Shown here: positions 27,832 to 38,542 of the stretch, in pieces | Layout of the letters: each line of letters begins with the position of its first letter | Numbering within the stretch: position 1 is the first letter of the stretch | Assembly (NCBI GenBank): GCA_963810095.1 | Contig: CAWEMM010000014.1 | Location: 192,001 to 256,000 of the forward strand | Length of the DNA stretch: 64,000 nucleotides | Origin: an uncultured Chloroflexia bacterium | GTDB taxonomy: Bacteria > Chloroflexota > Anaerolineae > CG2-30-64-16 | Reading direction: 5' to 3' | Program-made: the position numbers and the translations under genes | The notes under the pieces: generated by a model | Databases searched by the model: none | The model's input: the letters and a program-made list of their open reading frames with translations, nothing else | Told to the model about the DNA's origin: nothing

Positions 27832-28759
27832 CTACAGCCCGGCGATGTCCTCTGGCGTGCGGACATTCGCCGTCTGCGGCTCGGTCAAGATCCGCTTCAC
27901 GAGTCCGGTCAGCACGTCGCCCGGGCCGACTTCGACGAAGCGCTCGGCGCCCAGCTCCTGCAGCTTGAAGACCGAGCCCGTCCACTGGACGCTGTTCGTT
28001 AGCTGCCCGACAAGCTCGTCGCGGATTTCGTCGGGCGTCTCCAGCGGGCACGCGGCGAGGTTCCCGACGACCGGGAACGCCGGCGGCTGGACAGGGGTGG
28101 CGTTCACATGGACCGCGAAGTCTGCGCGGCGGAGGCCATCAGCGCCGAGTGCGCCGCGATGCTGACGGCGAGCGCACGGGGCCGCCCGCCCGCCTTCTTC
28201 ACCAGCTCCATGAGCGCGGCAACGCCGGTCGAACCGCCCGAGACGACCACCTGGCCGGGCGCGTTGTAGTTTGCCACCTGCACGACGTCGCCCGTCTCGG
28301 CTTCGGCCTGTGCGCACAGGGCGGCGACCAGGCCGTCGTCGAGTTTGAGGATCGCGGCCATGCTGCCGGGCCGGCTCTCGCCCGCCCGCGCCATCAACTC
28401 GCCGCGGGTCCGCGTCAGGCGCACGGCATCTGCGAAAGCGAGGCGCCCGCGGCCACCAGGGCGCTGTATTCGCCCAGGCTGTGGCCTGCAAAGCAGCACG
28501 GTCCGGACAGGTCCGGTCGGGTTGCCAGCAGCGCGCGCCAGGCGGCAATGCTTGTGGTCAGGATGGCGGGCTGTGCGTTGCGGGTTTCGGTGAGGACTTC
28601 GGCCGGGCCGGTGAAGCATACTTCAGAGAGCGCAAAGCCCAGGATCTGGTCGGCTTCCGCAAAAGTCTCTTGTGCAACGGGGTGTGCGGCGGCCAACGCC
28701 TGGCCCATGCCAACGGACTGGGAGCCCTGGCCGGGGAAGAGGTAAGCGGTTGTGGCCAT
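27832..28759 (-). CDS. fabD: Malonyl-CoA-ACP transacylase (two apparent frameshifts near 28445 and 28125)
   Basis: LFPGQGSQ, AQPAI, GHSLGEYSAL, ANYNAPGQVVVSG, SIAAHSALM, EVGPGDVLTGLVKRI distributed over three frames. Confidence 0.9.
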
Positions 28760-28822
28760 AGGTCGCGTCATGCTTCTCGAGATGTTACTGGTACAGTGGG
28801 GCCGGCCTGTCACCCCGGTATA

Positions 28823-28855
28823 AGAAACCAGGTTTCTGCAAGAAACCTGGTTTCT
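28823..28855. repeat. REP-like double palindrome, copy 4
   Basis: agaaaccaggtttctgcaagaaacctggtttct downstream of rpmF. Confidence 0.85.
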
Positions 28856-28887
28856 ATGCCAGAGCGAAGGCAGCCGCGGTCGTCGAG

Positions 28888-29076
28888 CTACTTCTTCTCT
28901 GCGACGTCCAAGACGGTTTGGCCGTTATAGTTGCCGCAGTCGGGGCAGGCGTGGTGCGGAAGGCGCATGCTGCCGCACTGCTTGCACTTGACGAGGTGCA
29001 CCGGCTGGAGCGCATCATGGGCCCGGCGGCGATCGCGGCGGCCCTTGGACAACTTACGTTTTGGATGAGGTGGCAC
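28888..29076 (-). CDS. rpmF: 50S ribosomal protein L32 (zinc-ribbon type)
   Basis: PKRKLSKGRRDRRRAH...CKQCG...PHHACPDCGNYNG. Confidence 0.96.
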   Translation of the reverse strand: MPPHPKRKLSKGRRDRRRAHDALQPVHLVKCKQCGSMRLPHHACPDCGNYNGQTVLDVAEKK

Positions 29077-29110
29077 TGTGTAATACTCCTTCGCAACCTG
29101 TGCGGTGTGA

Positions 29111-29671
29111 TTAGTTCTTCAACAAATCGGTGAGACTGCTCCAGCGCGGATCTACGTCAGGCTTGCATTCGCAGGTCGCTTCGTTTAGGTTCGTCCCACA
29201 TTCGGGGCACAATCCCCGGCAGTCTTCTTTGCAGAGCACGTGCACCGGCAGTTCGAGCAAGACGTCTTGCCGCAGCACTTCAGTCAGGTCCAGGATGTGG
29301 TGCTCGTCGATCCAGAGCGCCTGGTCCTCTTCTTCCGGCGTAACCGCTTTGCCGGTCGCCATGTCAACGGTCGGCACGAAGACTTCTTCGATGTCGACTT
29401 CGAAATCGACGGGCACCGGCTCGAGACAGCGAGCGCAGCCGAGCGCAGTATGACCCGTCAGGTGGCCTGTCACAAACACGCCCTGGTTTGTCTGCATGAG
29501 TCGGACAGGGCCTTCGACCGCCGATGGTTCGCCGGTCTCGGCAATTTCGATCTCGGGCGTGAGGTCGTGCAGGTCGGCCGCCACGTGCACGTGGCGAGAC
29601 GAGCCGACTGCTTCCTTCATCAACTGCGCGACGTTAAATGTCAGGTTGTCAATCATTACAGGGTATCCCAT
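29111..29671 (-). CDS. DUF177/YceD family protein
   Basis: CARCLEP, LCKEDCRGLCPECGTNLN, DPRW; upstream of rpmF. Confidence 0.93.
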   Translation of the reverse strand: MGYPVMIDNLTFNVAQLMKEAVGSSRHVHVAADLHDLTPEIEIAETGEPSAVEGPVRLMQTNQGVFVTGHLTGHTALGCARCLEPVPVDFEVDIEEVFVPTVDMATGKAVTPEEEDQALWIDEHHILDLTEVLRQDVLLELPVHVLCKEDCRGLCPECGTNLNEATCECKPDVDPRWSSLTDLLKN

Positions 29672-29747
29672 CGCAGCAACCCCAGTCCCGCGTTACGTGG
29701 GTCCACTGCTCGGCGCGCAAAAGTCCACGGGTCAGCGCCAAGCGGTT

Positions 29748-29776
29748 ATTATAGGCGAGAGGGGCTCCTCTGTCAA
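29748..29776 (-). promoter_or_regulatory. Consensus sigma70 promoter of the DUF177-rpmF-fab operon
   Basis: Minus strand TTGACA, 17 bp, TATAAT (plus strand attata 29748-29753, tgtcaa 29771-29776). Confidence 0.85.
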
Positions 29777-29827
29777 AAACAACCCCGATTCGTCCGATCT
29801 CGGGCGCACCGATGTCCGGTCCGAGCC

Positions 29828-30298
29828 TTAGGGTTTTTTCTCGCCCTCCGCCGGGGCAGCCTGGCCCTTCCCGAGCGCGCGCTGACCGGCCTGCACCTCG
29901 CGGAGCACGCGAATGAGCCGTGCTTCCATCATGTTGAACTGGTTCATGATGTACTGGTCGGCCTCCGTGCGGAGTTGCAGCGCGGTCTTTTCCGCTTCCG
30001 CCGTAATGTCACGGGCGCGGTTGCGTGCGGCGACGACGACTGCCTGGTCGTCGAGCCGGACTCCGCCTTGGACTTGGGCATCCTCGACAATGCGTCGGGC
30101 CTGGCCCCGCGCCTCGGTCAGCAGCCGCTCCCTTTCCGCCGCCACCCGCTGGGCTTCGCGCTGCTGATCGGGAAGCGCGGCCCGCATCTCGTCCACGAGC
30201 CGCCGCAAGCTGGACTCGTCGATCAGCAGCTTGCCGCCGACCGGCAGCCGCGACGCAGTTTGCATCAAGCGTTCCAGTTCATCTACGAGCGATTGCAT
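29828..30298 (-). CDS. Coiled-coil protein conserved downstream of coaD (DivIVA/ATP-synthase-b-like)
   Basis: LVDELERLM..SRLPVGGKLLID..LPDQQREAQRV; typical coaD neighbour. Confidence 0.8.
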   Translation of the reverse strand: MQSLVDELERLMQTASRLPVGGKLLIDESSLRRLVDEMRAALPDQQREAQRVAAERERLLTEARGQARRIVEDAQVQGGVRLDDQAVVVAARNRARDITAEAEKTALQLRTEADQYIMNQFNMMEARLIRVLREVQAGQRALGKGQAAPAEGEKKP

Positions 30299-30330
30299 CG
30301 CCGCCTCCTGTTAGCCGCCACCATGCTACT

Positions 30331-30858
30331 TCAATCGCGAGACGTGCGGATCGGCACCATCCCGTCACCGTCAGGTCCGATGCCGGCGAAGCGGCTGCGC
30401 AGCGCAGCAATGACCGGCGCGGGCGCAAGCCCCTCGACGTCGCCGCCCAGCAGCGCAACCTCCTTGAGGATCGACGAGCTGACGTATGCGTACTTCAGGC
30501 TGGTCATCAGCGAGATGAACTCGACGTCCGGCGCCAGCTTCTTGTTGGTCAGTGCCATCTGGAACTCGAACTCAAAGTCCGAGATCGCGCGCAGCCCGCG
30601 CACCATAACCGTCGCACCGATCTCGTGTGCGTAGGTCACCGTCAGCCCGCGGTACGTCTCGACCCGCACGTTCTTGATGTGGGCCAGCGACTCGCGGGCC
30701 AGCGATACCCGTTGGGGCGTATCAAAAGTCAGCGTCTTAGGCGGGCTGTCATAGATCGCAATAATCAGCTCGTCGAACAACCTTGCCGCACGTGCCGCAA
30801 TGTCGACGTGCCCGTTATGGATGGGATCAAACGTGCCAGGGTAAAGCGCTCGTACCAT
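30331..30858 (-). CDS. coaD: Pantetheine-phosphate adenylyltransferase
   Basis: YPGTFDPIHNGHVDI, RGLRAISDFEFEFQMA, VSSSILKEVA. Confidence 0.96.
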   Translation of the reverse strand: MVRALYPGTFDPIHNGHVDIAARAARLFDELIIAIYDSPPKTLTFDTPQRVSLARESLAHIKNVRVETYRGLTVTYAHEIGATVMVRGLRAISDFEFEFQMALTNKKLAPDVEFISLMTSLKYAYVSSSILKEVALLGGDVEGLAPAPVIAALRSRFAGIGPDGDGMVPIRTSRD

Positions 30859-30884
30859 ACAGCTCCTCAAACCTCAAGCCCTCC

Positions 30885-30940
30885 GCGGCATGGGCGCGGC
30901 GGGCCGGCCGGCGCCGGCCGGCCCGCCGCGCCCATGCCGC
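30885..30940. repeat. Perfect 56-bp GC-rich palindrome without loop
   Basis: gcggcatgggcgcggcgggccggccggc|gccggccggcccgccgcgcccatgccgc, checked base by base. Confidence 0.9.
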
Positions 30941-30941
30941 A

Positions 30942-33822
30942 TTAGCTGATATCGCCGCTGCCGCGCCAGAATGCCGCCACCTGGTCCGCAAGGGCAGCGT
31001 GCTCCGGCTGGGTCAGGCCCGGATCGACCTCGAATAGGGCCTTGGCAGCCGCTCTTGCGTCCTCCAGGGTGCGCAGGTCGCTCAATTGCGCGGTCTGCAG
31101 CGGCGGCAGGCCGCTCTGCCGGGTGCCGAGAAAGTCGCCGGGGCCGCGCAGGTCCAGGTCGATCTGCGCAAGCGCAAAGCCGTCCGTGTTGTTCTCCAAC
31201 GCTTGCAAGCGTTGCACGCCGTCGCCCTCTGCGACGTCGGAAATCAGGATGCAGTAGGAGGGATGCTCGCCGCGGCCGACGCGCCCCGGAACTGGTGCAG
31301 CTGGGCCAGGCCAAACCGCTCCGCGCCCTCGATCATGATCACGGTGGCATTCGGTACGTCGATGCCCACCTCGACGACAGACGTGGCGACGAGCACCTGG
31401 ATTTCCCCGGCGCCGAACGATCGCATCACGTCGTCTTTTTCGTCGCCCTTCAGGCGGCCATGCAGCAGGCCAACCTGCAGATCTGGGAAGATCGTCGTGC
31501 TCAGCCGGGCGTGTTCCTCCACGGCTGCCCGCGCCTCGCTCGACCTGCGATTCTTCCACGAGCGGGTAGATGATAAATGCCTGCCGACCTTCGGCCACTT
31601 GCCGCCGGATGAACCCGTACGCCGCGCTCGCGCTGCGACGACAGCAGCCACTTGGTCCGGATGGGCGTGCGGCCGCCCGGCATTTCGTCGATCACGGACA
31701 CGTCCAGGTCGCCGTAGACGGTCAGCGCCAGCGACCGCGGGATGGGCGTCGCGCTCATCACCAGCATGTGGGGCTGCGTTCCCTCGGACTGAGACCCCTT
31801 CTGCCGCAGCGCCGCACGCTGCTCGACGCCGAAGCGGTGCTGCTCGTCCACGACGGTCACGGCCAAATCGTGGAACTCGACACCTTTCTGGATCAACGCG
31901 TGCGTGCCGATGACGATGTCCGCCGCGCCCCCGGCGATTGCGGCCAGCGCTGCTTCGCGCTCGGCCCCGCTCTGGCTGCCCGTCAGGAGCACGACGCGGA
32001 CCGGCTCGCCGGTGACCGGGTGGGCCAGCCCCCCGAACATCCTGCCAAACGACCTTGCGTGCTGCTCGGCCAGGATTTCCGTCGGCGCCATAATCGCGCC
32101 CTGGCATCCGTTGGTCACCGCCAACCACAGGGCCGCGGCGGCAACCGCCGTCTTGCCCGAGCCCACGTCTCCCTGCAGCAGCCGGCCCATTGGCCGTTCG
32201 CATGCCATGTCGGCCGCAATCTCGGCCAGGGCGCGCGTTTGTGCCGCCGTCATTGCGAAGGGCAGCGCGGCGAGGAACGGCGCGAGCCGCGCCGCGTCGG
32301 TCTGCAGCGGCTTCGCGGGAGTGCCCTGGAACCGCTGGCGAGCTGCCAGCACGCCCAGCTGCAGGACGAGAAACTCGTCGAAGCTCAGCCGGCGGTGTGC
32401 CGCGGCCAGCTGGTCATGGTTGTCGGGGAAGTGGATCTGCCGGATTGCACGTGGCAGGGTCAATAGCCCGAACGACTCGCGGAGGTCGGAAGGCAGGAAG
32501 TCGGGCAGTTCCTCGCCCCACTCGTCCAGCACGGGCTTGATGACCCCGCGCAGCCAGCGCTCGCTGAGCCCCTCGGTCAGCGGATACACCGGCGACAGCC
32601 GGCCCGTGCTCAGCAGGTTGCGGTCCAGCGGCTCGAACTCAGGGCTTCGCATGACCAACGAGCTGCGATACGACTCGATCTTTCCGGCGAAGGAATAGGC
32701 CTGGCCGATCCGCAGCTGCTTCTCGATCCACGGGTTGAACCAGGTCATCTCCATTTCCGCTGTCCCGTCGCCGATGCGGGCCGTGACGACCTTCCGGTCG
32801 CTGCCGACGTCGCGCGAGCGCACGCCCCAGACGGTGGCGATGACAGTGACCTCTTCGCCCACCTGCAGCCTATCGATGGTCTTCAGCTGGCTCCAGTCGT
32901 TGTAGCGGAAGGGCAGCATGTAGAGCAGGTCCCGCACGGTCTCGACGCCGAGCTTGCCCAGCTTCTCCGCGAATGCCGGTCCGACCCCGGGCAGGCGAAT
33001 CACCGGCGCGTCGAGGCCGGGGCCGGCGCGGCGCTGGAGCGCACGGGGTTCCGGCCGTGGCTCGGGGCGAGGCTCGGGACGCACGTCGAACCTGGGCCCG
33101 ATGCGGCCCTCGTCGCGGAGCGGCGCTGCTGGTTCAGACGCTGTCTCGACCGGCGGGGCGGGGGGCGGCGTCTGCGACGGTCGCGCATTGGAGGGCCGCA
33201 CCTCCGGAGGCGCCGGCGATACTGGCTTACTGTATTTTGGGATGTGGAGGTCCCCGCGCTCGGAAGCGGCGCGCTCAGCAGCAGCGCGCTCAGCAGCGGT
33301 TCGCTCGGGGGCGGCGCGCTCGGGCGCGATGCGCTCGACAGCGGCATGTTCATGAGGCGCTTGTTCGCGTGCACCTGGCTCGCCGCTGTCCCCTTCCGTG
33401 CTCTTGCCGGCCGGGGTGACTGCGTCCTGTTCGGCCCGCTCCAGCGTCGCGGGCTCGCTCTCGGCCGGGGCCGGCATATGGATGCCTGCTCCCGCAGATG
33501 GGGCCGTCACGCTCGGCCGCCCGGCCTGAGCGGGCACGCCCGGCAAGTCCCGCGGACCCTCGCCGTTCGCCAAGCTCTGAGCTCGCCGGACGATCAGGTC
33601 CAAAATTCGCTCGCGGGCCGTGCGATCTTCCACGACCGCGTAGCCCAAGAGCAGCGAGACGATCTCGCCGATGACCGGGCTGTTGCCGGTTTCCGCCCGT
33701 GCGTCCGACTCCCACCGGCTGGCGAACTTGTCCAGGCCGCCGATCACGGCCTTGTTGCGATAGCCTTGTTTGCGCTCCAGGTCGAGGACCTTGAGCAAGC
33801 GGGTTATAGCACTATCCATCAT
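30942..33822 (-). CDS. recG: ATP-dependent DNA helicase RecG with N-terminal extension (C-terminal part frameshifted near 31620, 31545 and 31290)
   Basis: [85 protein letters not shown]. Confidence 0.93.
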
Positions 33823-33834
33823 TGCCTCAGCCCG

Positions 33835-34683
33835 TCACCGGGTTCCTTCGTAGACCATCACGCCCAAGGCCCGCGGCCCGATATGGACGGCGAGCGAAGG
33901 CGTGTAGCCAACCACCGAGAACTCCTGGCGCGGGAACGCTTCTTCCAACCGCTCGAGGAGCTGTGCGGCCTCGGCCTCGAAGCCGTAGTGCACCAGGTAA
34001 AGCTGGTCGATGCGCGAGAACTCGACGACGAAATCGTACAATTCCTCGACCGCCCGGCTGTAGGTCTTGACCTTCTCCATGGGGATCAGGTCGCCGTCCT
34101 CCATCGTGGCCAGAGGCTTCAGGTCCAGCATAGTGCCGAGCAGCGTTTGCGCCGGGCCCAGCCGGCCCCAGGCTTCGAGGAAGTCGAGCGAATCGGAGAA
34201 GAACATGGCGTACATGTGCGGGATCATGCCGCGCACGATCTTGACGACCTCAGCCTGGGAAGCACCTTCCGCGGCCGCGCGCGCGGCCGCCTCGACGATG
34301 ATGCCCAAGGCGGCCGAGGTAGTCTGCGTATCAATCACGATGATGCGCTGGCGCCCCATGAACCCCGACGATGCGCGGCGAGCCACCTCGCCCACGTCGA
34401 ACAGCGCGCTGGACCCGTGAATACAGACGACGCTGTCTGTCACCTGGCCCAGCCGCGCAAACAGCTGCTGCACTTGCGCCACGCTCGGCGACTCGACGGT
34501 GACGCTTTTGCCGTCGGCGGCCAGCCGGCGCATGAACGTCTCGTCGGTCTGGTTGATCCGTTCCGGGTAGGTCTGCTGCCCGGCGCGGACGATCAATGGG
34601 ATGACCTCGATGCCCAGTTGGGCGATGGAGGCCGTTTGCGGCAGGTACGCGCTGCTGTCGGTGACGATTTTGACCTGTGCCAC
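33835..34683 (-). CDS. DegV family fatty-acid binding protein (FakB-like)
   Basis: KIVTDSSAYLP, IDTQTTS, GRLG, LGTMLDLKPL, VHIGPRALG. Confidence 0.92.
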   Translation of the reverse strand: MAQVKIVTDSSAYLPQTASIAQLGIEVIPLIVRAGQQTYPERINQTDETFMRRLAADGKSVTVESPSVAQVQQLFARLGQVTDSVVCIHGSSALFDVGEVARRASSGFMGRQRIIVIDTQTTSAALGIIVEAAARAAAEGASQAEVVKIVRGMIPHMYAMFFSDSLDFLEAWGRLGPAQTLLGTMLDLKPLATMEDGDLIPMEKVKTYSRAVEELYDFVVEFSRIDQLYLVHYGFEAEAAQLLERLEEAFPRQEFSVVGYTPSLAVHIGPRALGVMVYEGTR

Positions 34684-34796
34684 TTCGTCCTCGTGTTCCT
34701 TCTTGCCACGCAGGCCATGTAGGCAAGCAGAGTGCCTCTGCTAGCCCTGAGACCCCGCCGGCTACTATCGTTATCGGTCCGTGATCGGTTACAGCC

Positions 34797-36659
34797 TCAT
34801 TCGGCGCTGATGATGTAATGATAAAACGGTTGGCCGCCTTCGACCACCTCAATCTCTTGCTCGGGATAACGCTCGGCGAGGGCTTCACGTAACGCTTCGG
34901 CTTCGCTCAAGGTCACGGGCGCGCCGTAGTAGAGCGTGATCACCTCGCGCTGGGCCGCATCCATCTGCTCGAGCAGCATGACCACGACCTCCTCGGGCGT
35001 CGCGCCCTTCGCCGACAGCGTGTCGTTGAGCAGGCCGATCACGTCCCCCGCGACCACCTCGATCCCGTCAAAACGGGCATTTTGCACGGCTTTCGTAACT
35101 TCGCCCGTCTGCACCTGCTTTGCGGCGTGCGTCATGCTGGCCGTGTTATGCGCAAGGTCGCCGTGTGGGTTCAGGGCCAGCAGCGCACTGATGCCCTGGG
35201 GGATGCTCTTCGACGGCACGACTGCGACGTTCTTGCCCGCGCCTGCTGCCAGTGCCTGCGCCTGGTTCGCGGCCATGACGATGTTACCGTTGTTCGGCAG
35301 CACCATCACGTCGGGGACCGGCAGGTGGAGGATCGCGTCGAGCAAATCCTGGGTGCTCGGGTTCATGGTTTGCCCGCCGGATATAATGCAGTGGCTGCCC
35401 AGGCTGCGGAACACCTTCGCCAGCCCTTCGCCCGGCACCACGGCAATGATCCCAATCCCCTCGACGTGCTCGGTCTCGCACCCCATGGCCGATGCCTCGC
35501 TGGGCCGCTGGACGCCGGGCGTGCTGACCTCGAAGCGGGGCGGCACGGGATCGTAGCCGGCCGGCATATCGGGAATGGACATATCGTCCATGTTTTCCAC
35601 GACGACGTCCGTCACAAAACCGAGGCTGATCGCATAGGAAAGGGCGACGCCCGGGTTCGGCACGTGGACGTGAACCTTGACGAGACCCCGGTCGCCTTCC
35701 ACCAGCGGACAATCGCCCATCGCAGTGATGTGGTCGCGGATCGCGGCGACGTCGAGGCCGGGACCCTCGACGAGAAACTGGACGTCGAAACCGTGCACCA
35801 GGGCCGGAAGCTCGCGCTGGCCCTTATTCGGCCGCGGCGCAGCCGGCGCGGCCGCTGCTGCGCTGACCGGTGCGCCCGCCTCCGTGACGCCCAGGCCGGT
35901 CAACTCACGAAACATGCCCTCCAGGATGAAGAACAGCCCCTTGCCGCCGCTGTCGACCTTCCCCGCTTGGGCGAGCACGGGCAGCAGGTTCGGCGTGTTC
36001 GCCACGGCTCGATCTGCCGCAACGACGGCTCGACCCATCACCGTGGCAAGCTCAGGCTCGGGCGCATTGCCCTCGCCATGGGTGCCCGTCCCATCCGTCA
36101 GCGCTTCGGCCGCGGTCGCCGCCTCACGCACTACCGTAAGGATCGTGCCCTCCACCGGCCGGTTGACGCCTTTATACGCGATCCGGCTGCCTTCAGCGAG
36201 AGCGGCGGCAAAGGCGCGGCCCGTGAGCACGTGTTCTTCCGCCAGGCTCTTCGCCATGCCGCGCAGGATCTGGGAGAGAATCACGCCCGAGTTCCCGCGG
36301 GCGCCCATCAGTGCGCCGTGCGCCGCGGCCTTGGCCACCTCTCCCACCGATGCTGCCCGTTCGTCCGTGATCTCTCGGCAGGCCGACTTCATCGTCAGCA
36401 GCATGTTCGTGCCCGTGTCGCCATCGGGCACCGGAAACACGTTCAGCGCGTTTACGATCTCGTGATGGCGTTCCAGCCAGGTCTGCCCGGCCACGAGCAA
36501 CTCGCGGAACCGGGCCCCCTCGACGGGCGCAGACCTGGCCGGGTCAACCTTTGGGCCCACGGCGGGGTCACTGGCTTGGGGGTCGCCAGGACTCAAATGA
36601 GGGTTATTCACTGCCAACGAAGTAGTCCTCCGAAAAAGCCGGGATGAGCCGGGTGTCAA
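34797..36659 (-). CDS. DAK2-domain fatty acid kinase subunit (FakA/YloV-like); exact start uncertain
   Basis: NALNVFPVPDGDTGTNM, GARGNSGVILSQ, EGTILTV, VDSGGKG, VKVHVH, GGQTMNPST, GGQPFYHYIISAE. Confidence 0.93.
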   Translation of the reverse strand: MTPGSSRLFRRTTSLAVNNPHLSPGDPQASDPAVGPKVDPARSAPVEGARFRELLVAGQTWLERHHEIVNALNVFPVPDGDTGTNMLLTMKSACREITDERAASVGEVAKAAAHGALMGARGNSGVILSQILRGMAKSLAEEHVLTGRAFAAALAEGSRIAYKGVNRPVEGTILTVVREAATAAEALTDGTGTHGEGNAPEPELATVMGRAVVAADRAVANTPNLLPVLAQAGKVDSGGKGLFFILEGMFRELTGLGVTEAGAPVSAAAAAPAAPRPNKGQRELPALVHGFDVQFLVEGPGLDVAAIRDHITAMGDCPLVEGDRGLVKVHVHVPNPGVALSYAISLGFVTDVVVENMDDMSIPDMPAGYDPVPPRFEVSTPGVQRPSEASAMGCETEHVEGIGIIAVVPGEGLAKVFRSLGSHCIISGGQTMNPSTQDLLDAILHLPVPDVMVLPNNGNIVMAANQAQALAAGAGKNVAVVPSKSIPQGISALLALNPHGDLAHNTASMTHAAKQVQTGEVTKAVQNARFDGIEVVAGDVIGLLNDTLSAKGATPEEVVVMLLEQMDAAQREVITLYYGAPVTLSEAEALREALAERYPEQEIEVVEGGQPFYHYIISAE

Positions 36660-37012
36660 TCGCCGTTGGGCATGCGGAGCCCCTGGACGTGAACGTTTAC
36701 CTCGGCGACGGGCACCCCGAGCGCCTGCTCCAGCGCGTACTGGACACCGTGCATAACACCGTGCGCCACCTCAGAGATGCGCGTGCCGTACTGGACGATC
36801 ACGTACAGGTCGACGCTCACTTTCCCGTCGCGGACGCGCACCTCTACTCCGCGACCCCAGCGGTCGGGCGCGAGGAGGTCGGCAATGCCGTCGATGAGGT
36901 TCTTGTTCGCCATGCCAACCACACCGTAGCAGCGCAGCACGGCCTCGCCGGCCATCGTGGCGATCGCTTGGGGCGAGATTTCAATCCGGCCGGTCTTTCT
37001 CTCCTCAGTCAT
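36656..37012 (-). CDS. Asp23/Gls24 family protein (YloU-like)
   Basis: GRIEISPQAIATMAG..CYGVVGMA..YGTRISEVA..VNVHVQG; lies between rpmB and the DAK2 gene. Confidence 0.92.
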   Translation of the reverse strand: MTEERKTGRIEISPQAIATMAGEAVLRCYGVVGMANKNLIDGIADLLAPDRWGRGVEVRVRDGKVSVDLYVIVQYGTRISEVAHGVMHGVQYALEQALGVPVAEVNVHVQGLRMPNGD

Positions 37013-37227
37013 ACGATCCCTTTCAGTCAGCGGGAGGATAAGGCCCCCCATCACTTTTGCACAACCTACCGGTTTGTGGTACTATACTGCTTACTTGTGG
37101 CCGGGCGCCCCCTGGGTTGGCTCGGTCTGTGTTTGTATAAGCGAGTTCGTCCAACGTGACGCCGTCCCATGTGGCGCAGTCACGGATGACGCAGTTGCGA
37201 AATCGTACCACTACTCGGGGGGACATC

Positions 37228-37419
37228 ATGGCCAAGTGTGAAGTTTGCGGCAAGGGGCCACAGTTCGGAAACAACGTCAGCCACTCGATGCGCCACACGC
37301 GGCGCCGCTGGAACGTCAACGTGCAGCGGATGAGCGTCAACGTGAACGGCGTTCAGAAGAAGCAATACGTGTGCGCCCAGTGCATCAAGACGATGCGCAA
37401 GGCGACGGCGGCGAAGTAA
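37228..37419 (+). CDS. rpmB: 50S ribosomal protein L28
   Basis: [33 protein letters not shown]...VCAQCIKT. Confidence 0.96.
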   Translation: MAKCEVCGKGPQFGNNVSHSMRHTRRRWNVNVQRMSVNVNGVQKKQYVCAQCIKTMRKATAAK

Positions 37420-37448
37420 CACAGCGCTCCCTGCCAACTCGACTGCAT

Positions 37449-37480
37449 GCGGCCGGCGCCATCGCCGGCTGTTTGCTTTT
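37449..37480 (+). terminator. Intrinsic terminator after rpmB
   Basis: gcggccggcg-ccat-cgccggctgt followed by ttgctttt. Confidence 0.55.
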
Positions 37481-37549
37481 AACGAGCCTGCGTCCACCGG
37501 CCTGTGCGGCACGGGACGCAGCCGACCTGAGATCGGACTGATCTTCCTG

Positions 37550-38224
37550 TTAGCGCGCGGGCTGACTTGCATTCACCGCGTCGCGTAATGCCCCGATCCC
37601 GCCCCCGGGGCCACCCTGGTGCTTGAAAACCGCAGTGCCGGCCACCAGCACGTTTGCGCCCGCGGCAACCACGTCGCCCGCCGTGCTCGCGTCGATGCCG
37701 CCATCCACCTCGATATCGATCTCCCGGCCGGTCACCCTGATCATTTCGGCCAGCCGCGCGATCTTGTCCGTCATGGTCGGGATGTAGCTCTGGCCGCCGA
37801 ACCCGGGATTCACCGACATAATCAGCACCTGGTCCACAAACGGCAGGATCTCGCGCACGGTCTCGAGCGAAGTCGCGGGATTGAGCGTGACGCTCGGCCG
37901 CGCGCCCAGGCCGCGTATCTGCTGGATGACCCGGTGCAGGTGGGGGCACGCTTCCACGTGGACGCTGAGGATCGACGCGCCGGCGTCGACAAAATCGGCA
38001 ACGTAGCGCTCGGGCTGCGTGATCATGAGGTGGACGTCGAGCGGCAGCCGGCTGACCCTTTTCAGCGCAGCCACGACCGGCAAACCGATGCTGATGTTGG
38101 GCACAAAATGGCCGTCCATCACGTCGACGTGTACATAGTCGGCGCCGCCGGCTTCAATCGCCCGGATGGCTTCCCCGAGGCGAGCGAAATCGGCGGATAG
38201 GATGGACGGCGCGATCTTTACCAC
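37550..38224 (-). CDS. rpe: Ribulose-phosphate 3-epimerase
   Basis: [44 protein letters not shown]. Confidence 0.96.
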   Translation of the reverse strand: MVKIAPSILSADFARLGEAIRAIEAGGADYVHVDVMDGHFVPNISIGLPVVAALKRVSRLPLDVHLMITQPERYVADFVDAGASILSVHVEACPHLHRVIQQIRGLGARPSVTLNPATSLETVREILPFVDQVLIMSVNPGFGGQSYIPTMTDKIARLAEMIRVTGREIDIEVDGGIDASTAGDVVAAGANVLVAGTAVFKHQGGPGGGIGALRDAVNASQPAR

Positions 38225-38542
38225 GAATTCCCCCTGGTGGCGGCCGCACGGCATTGGGCGCCGCATGCATACTCGCTGCGGAAAAGCGCTAAAACGACAC
38301 AGCAGAGCCGAACCCACGCGGTCCGGCTCCAACACTCGACACGAAAACTGCGTGGCCATAATACAACAGAACAGGGTGAAGCGCAAAGCTCGGGCCATAA
38401 TCACCGCGGCTGTGCGGTCACTCCTGCGAGTTGGGATGAAACTTTCCTGCACCGGCTGCGTAAAGTAAATAGACTGAGATAGTTAGGTTCCGCGTGGTGC
38501 TTAACACGTGGGCCATCGCAGAGGAAGCACAGGGAGGGCATT

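Noticed and set aside
27832-33822. fabD and recG as pseudogenes or programmed frameshifts
   Set aside because: All catalytic motifs are intact, the shifts are isolated small indels with no obvious slippery sites, and similar indels occur across the window. Sequencing error is the simpler explanation.
26624-37012. Two Asp23-family paralogs close together
   Set aside because: They match the known yqhY-nusB and rpmB-yloU-fakA arrangements; ordinary.
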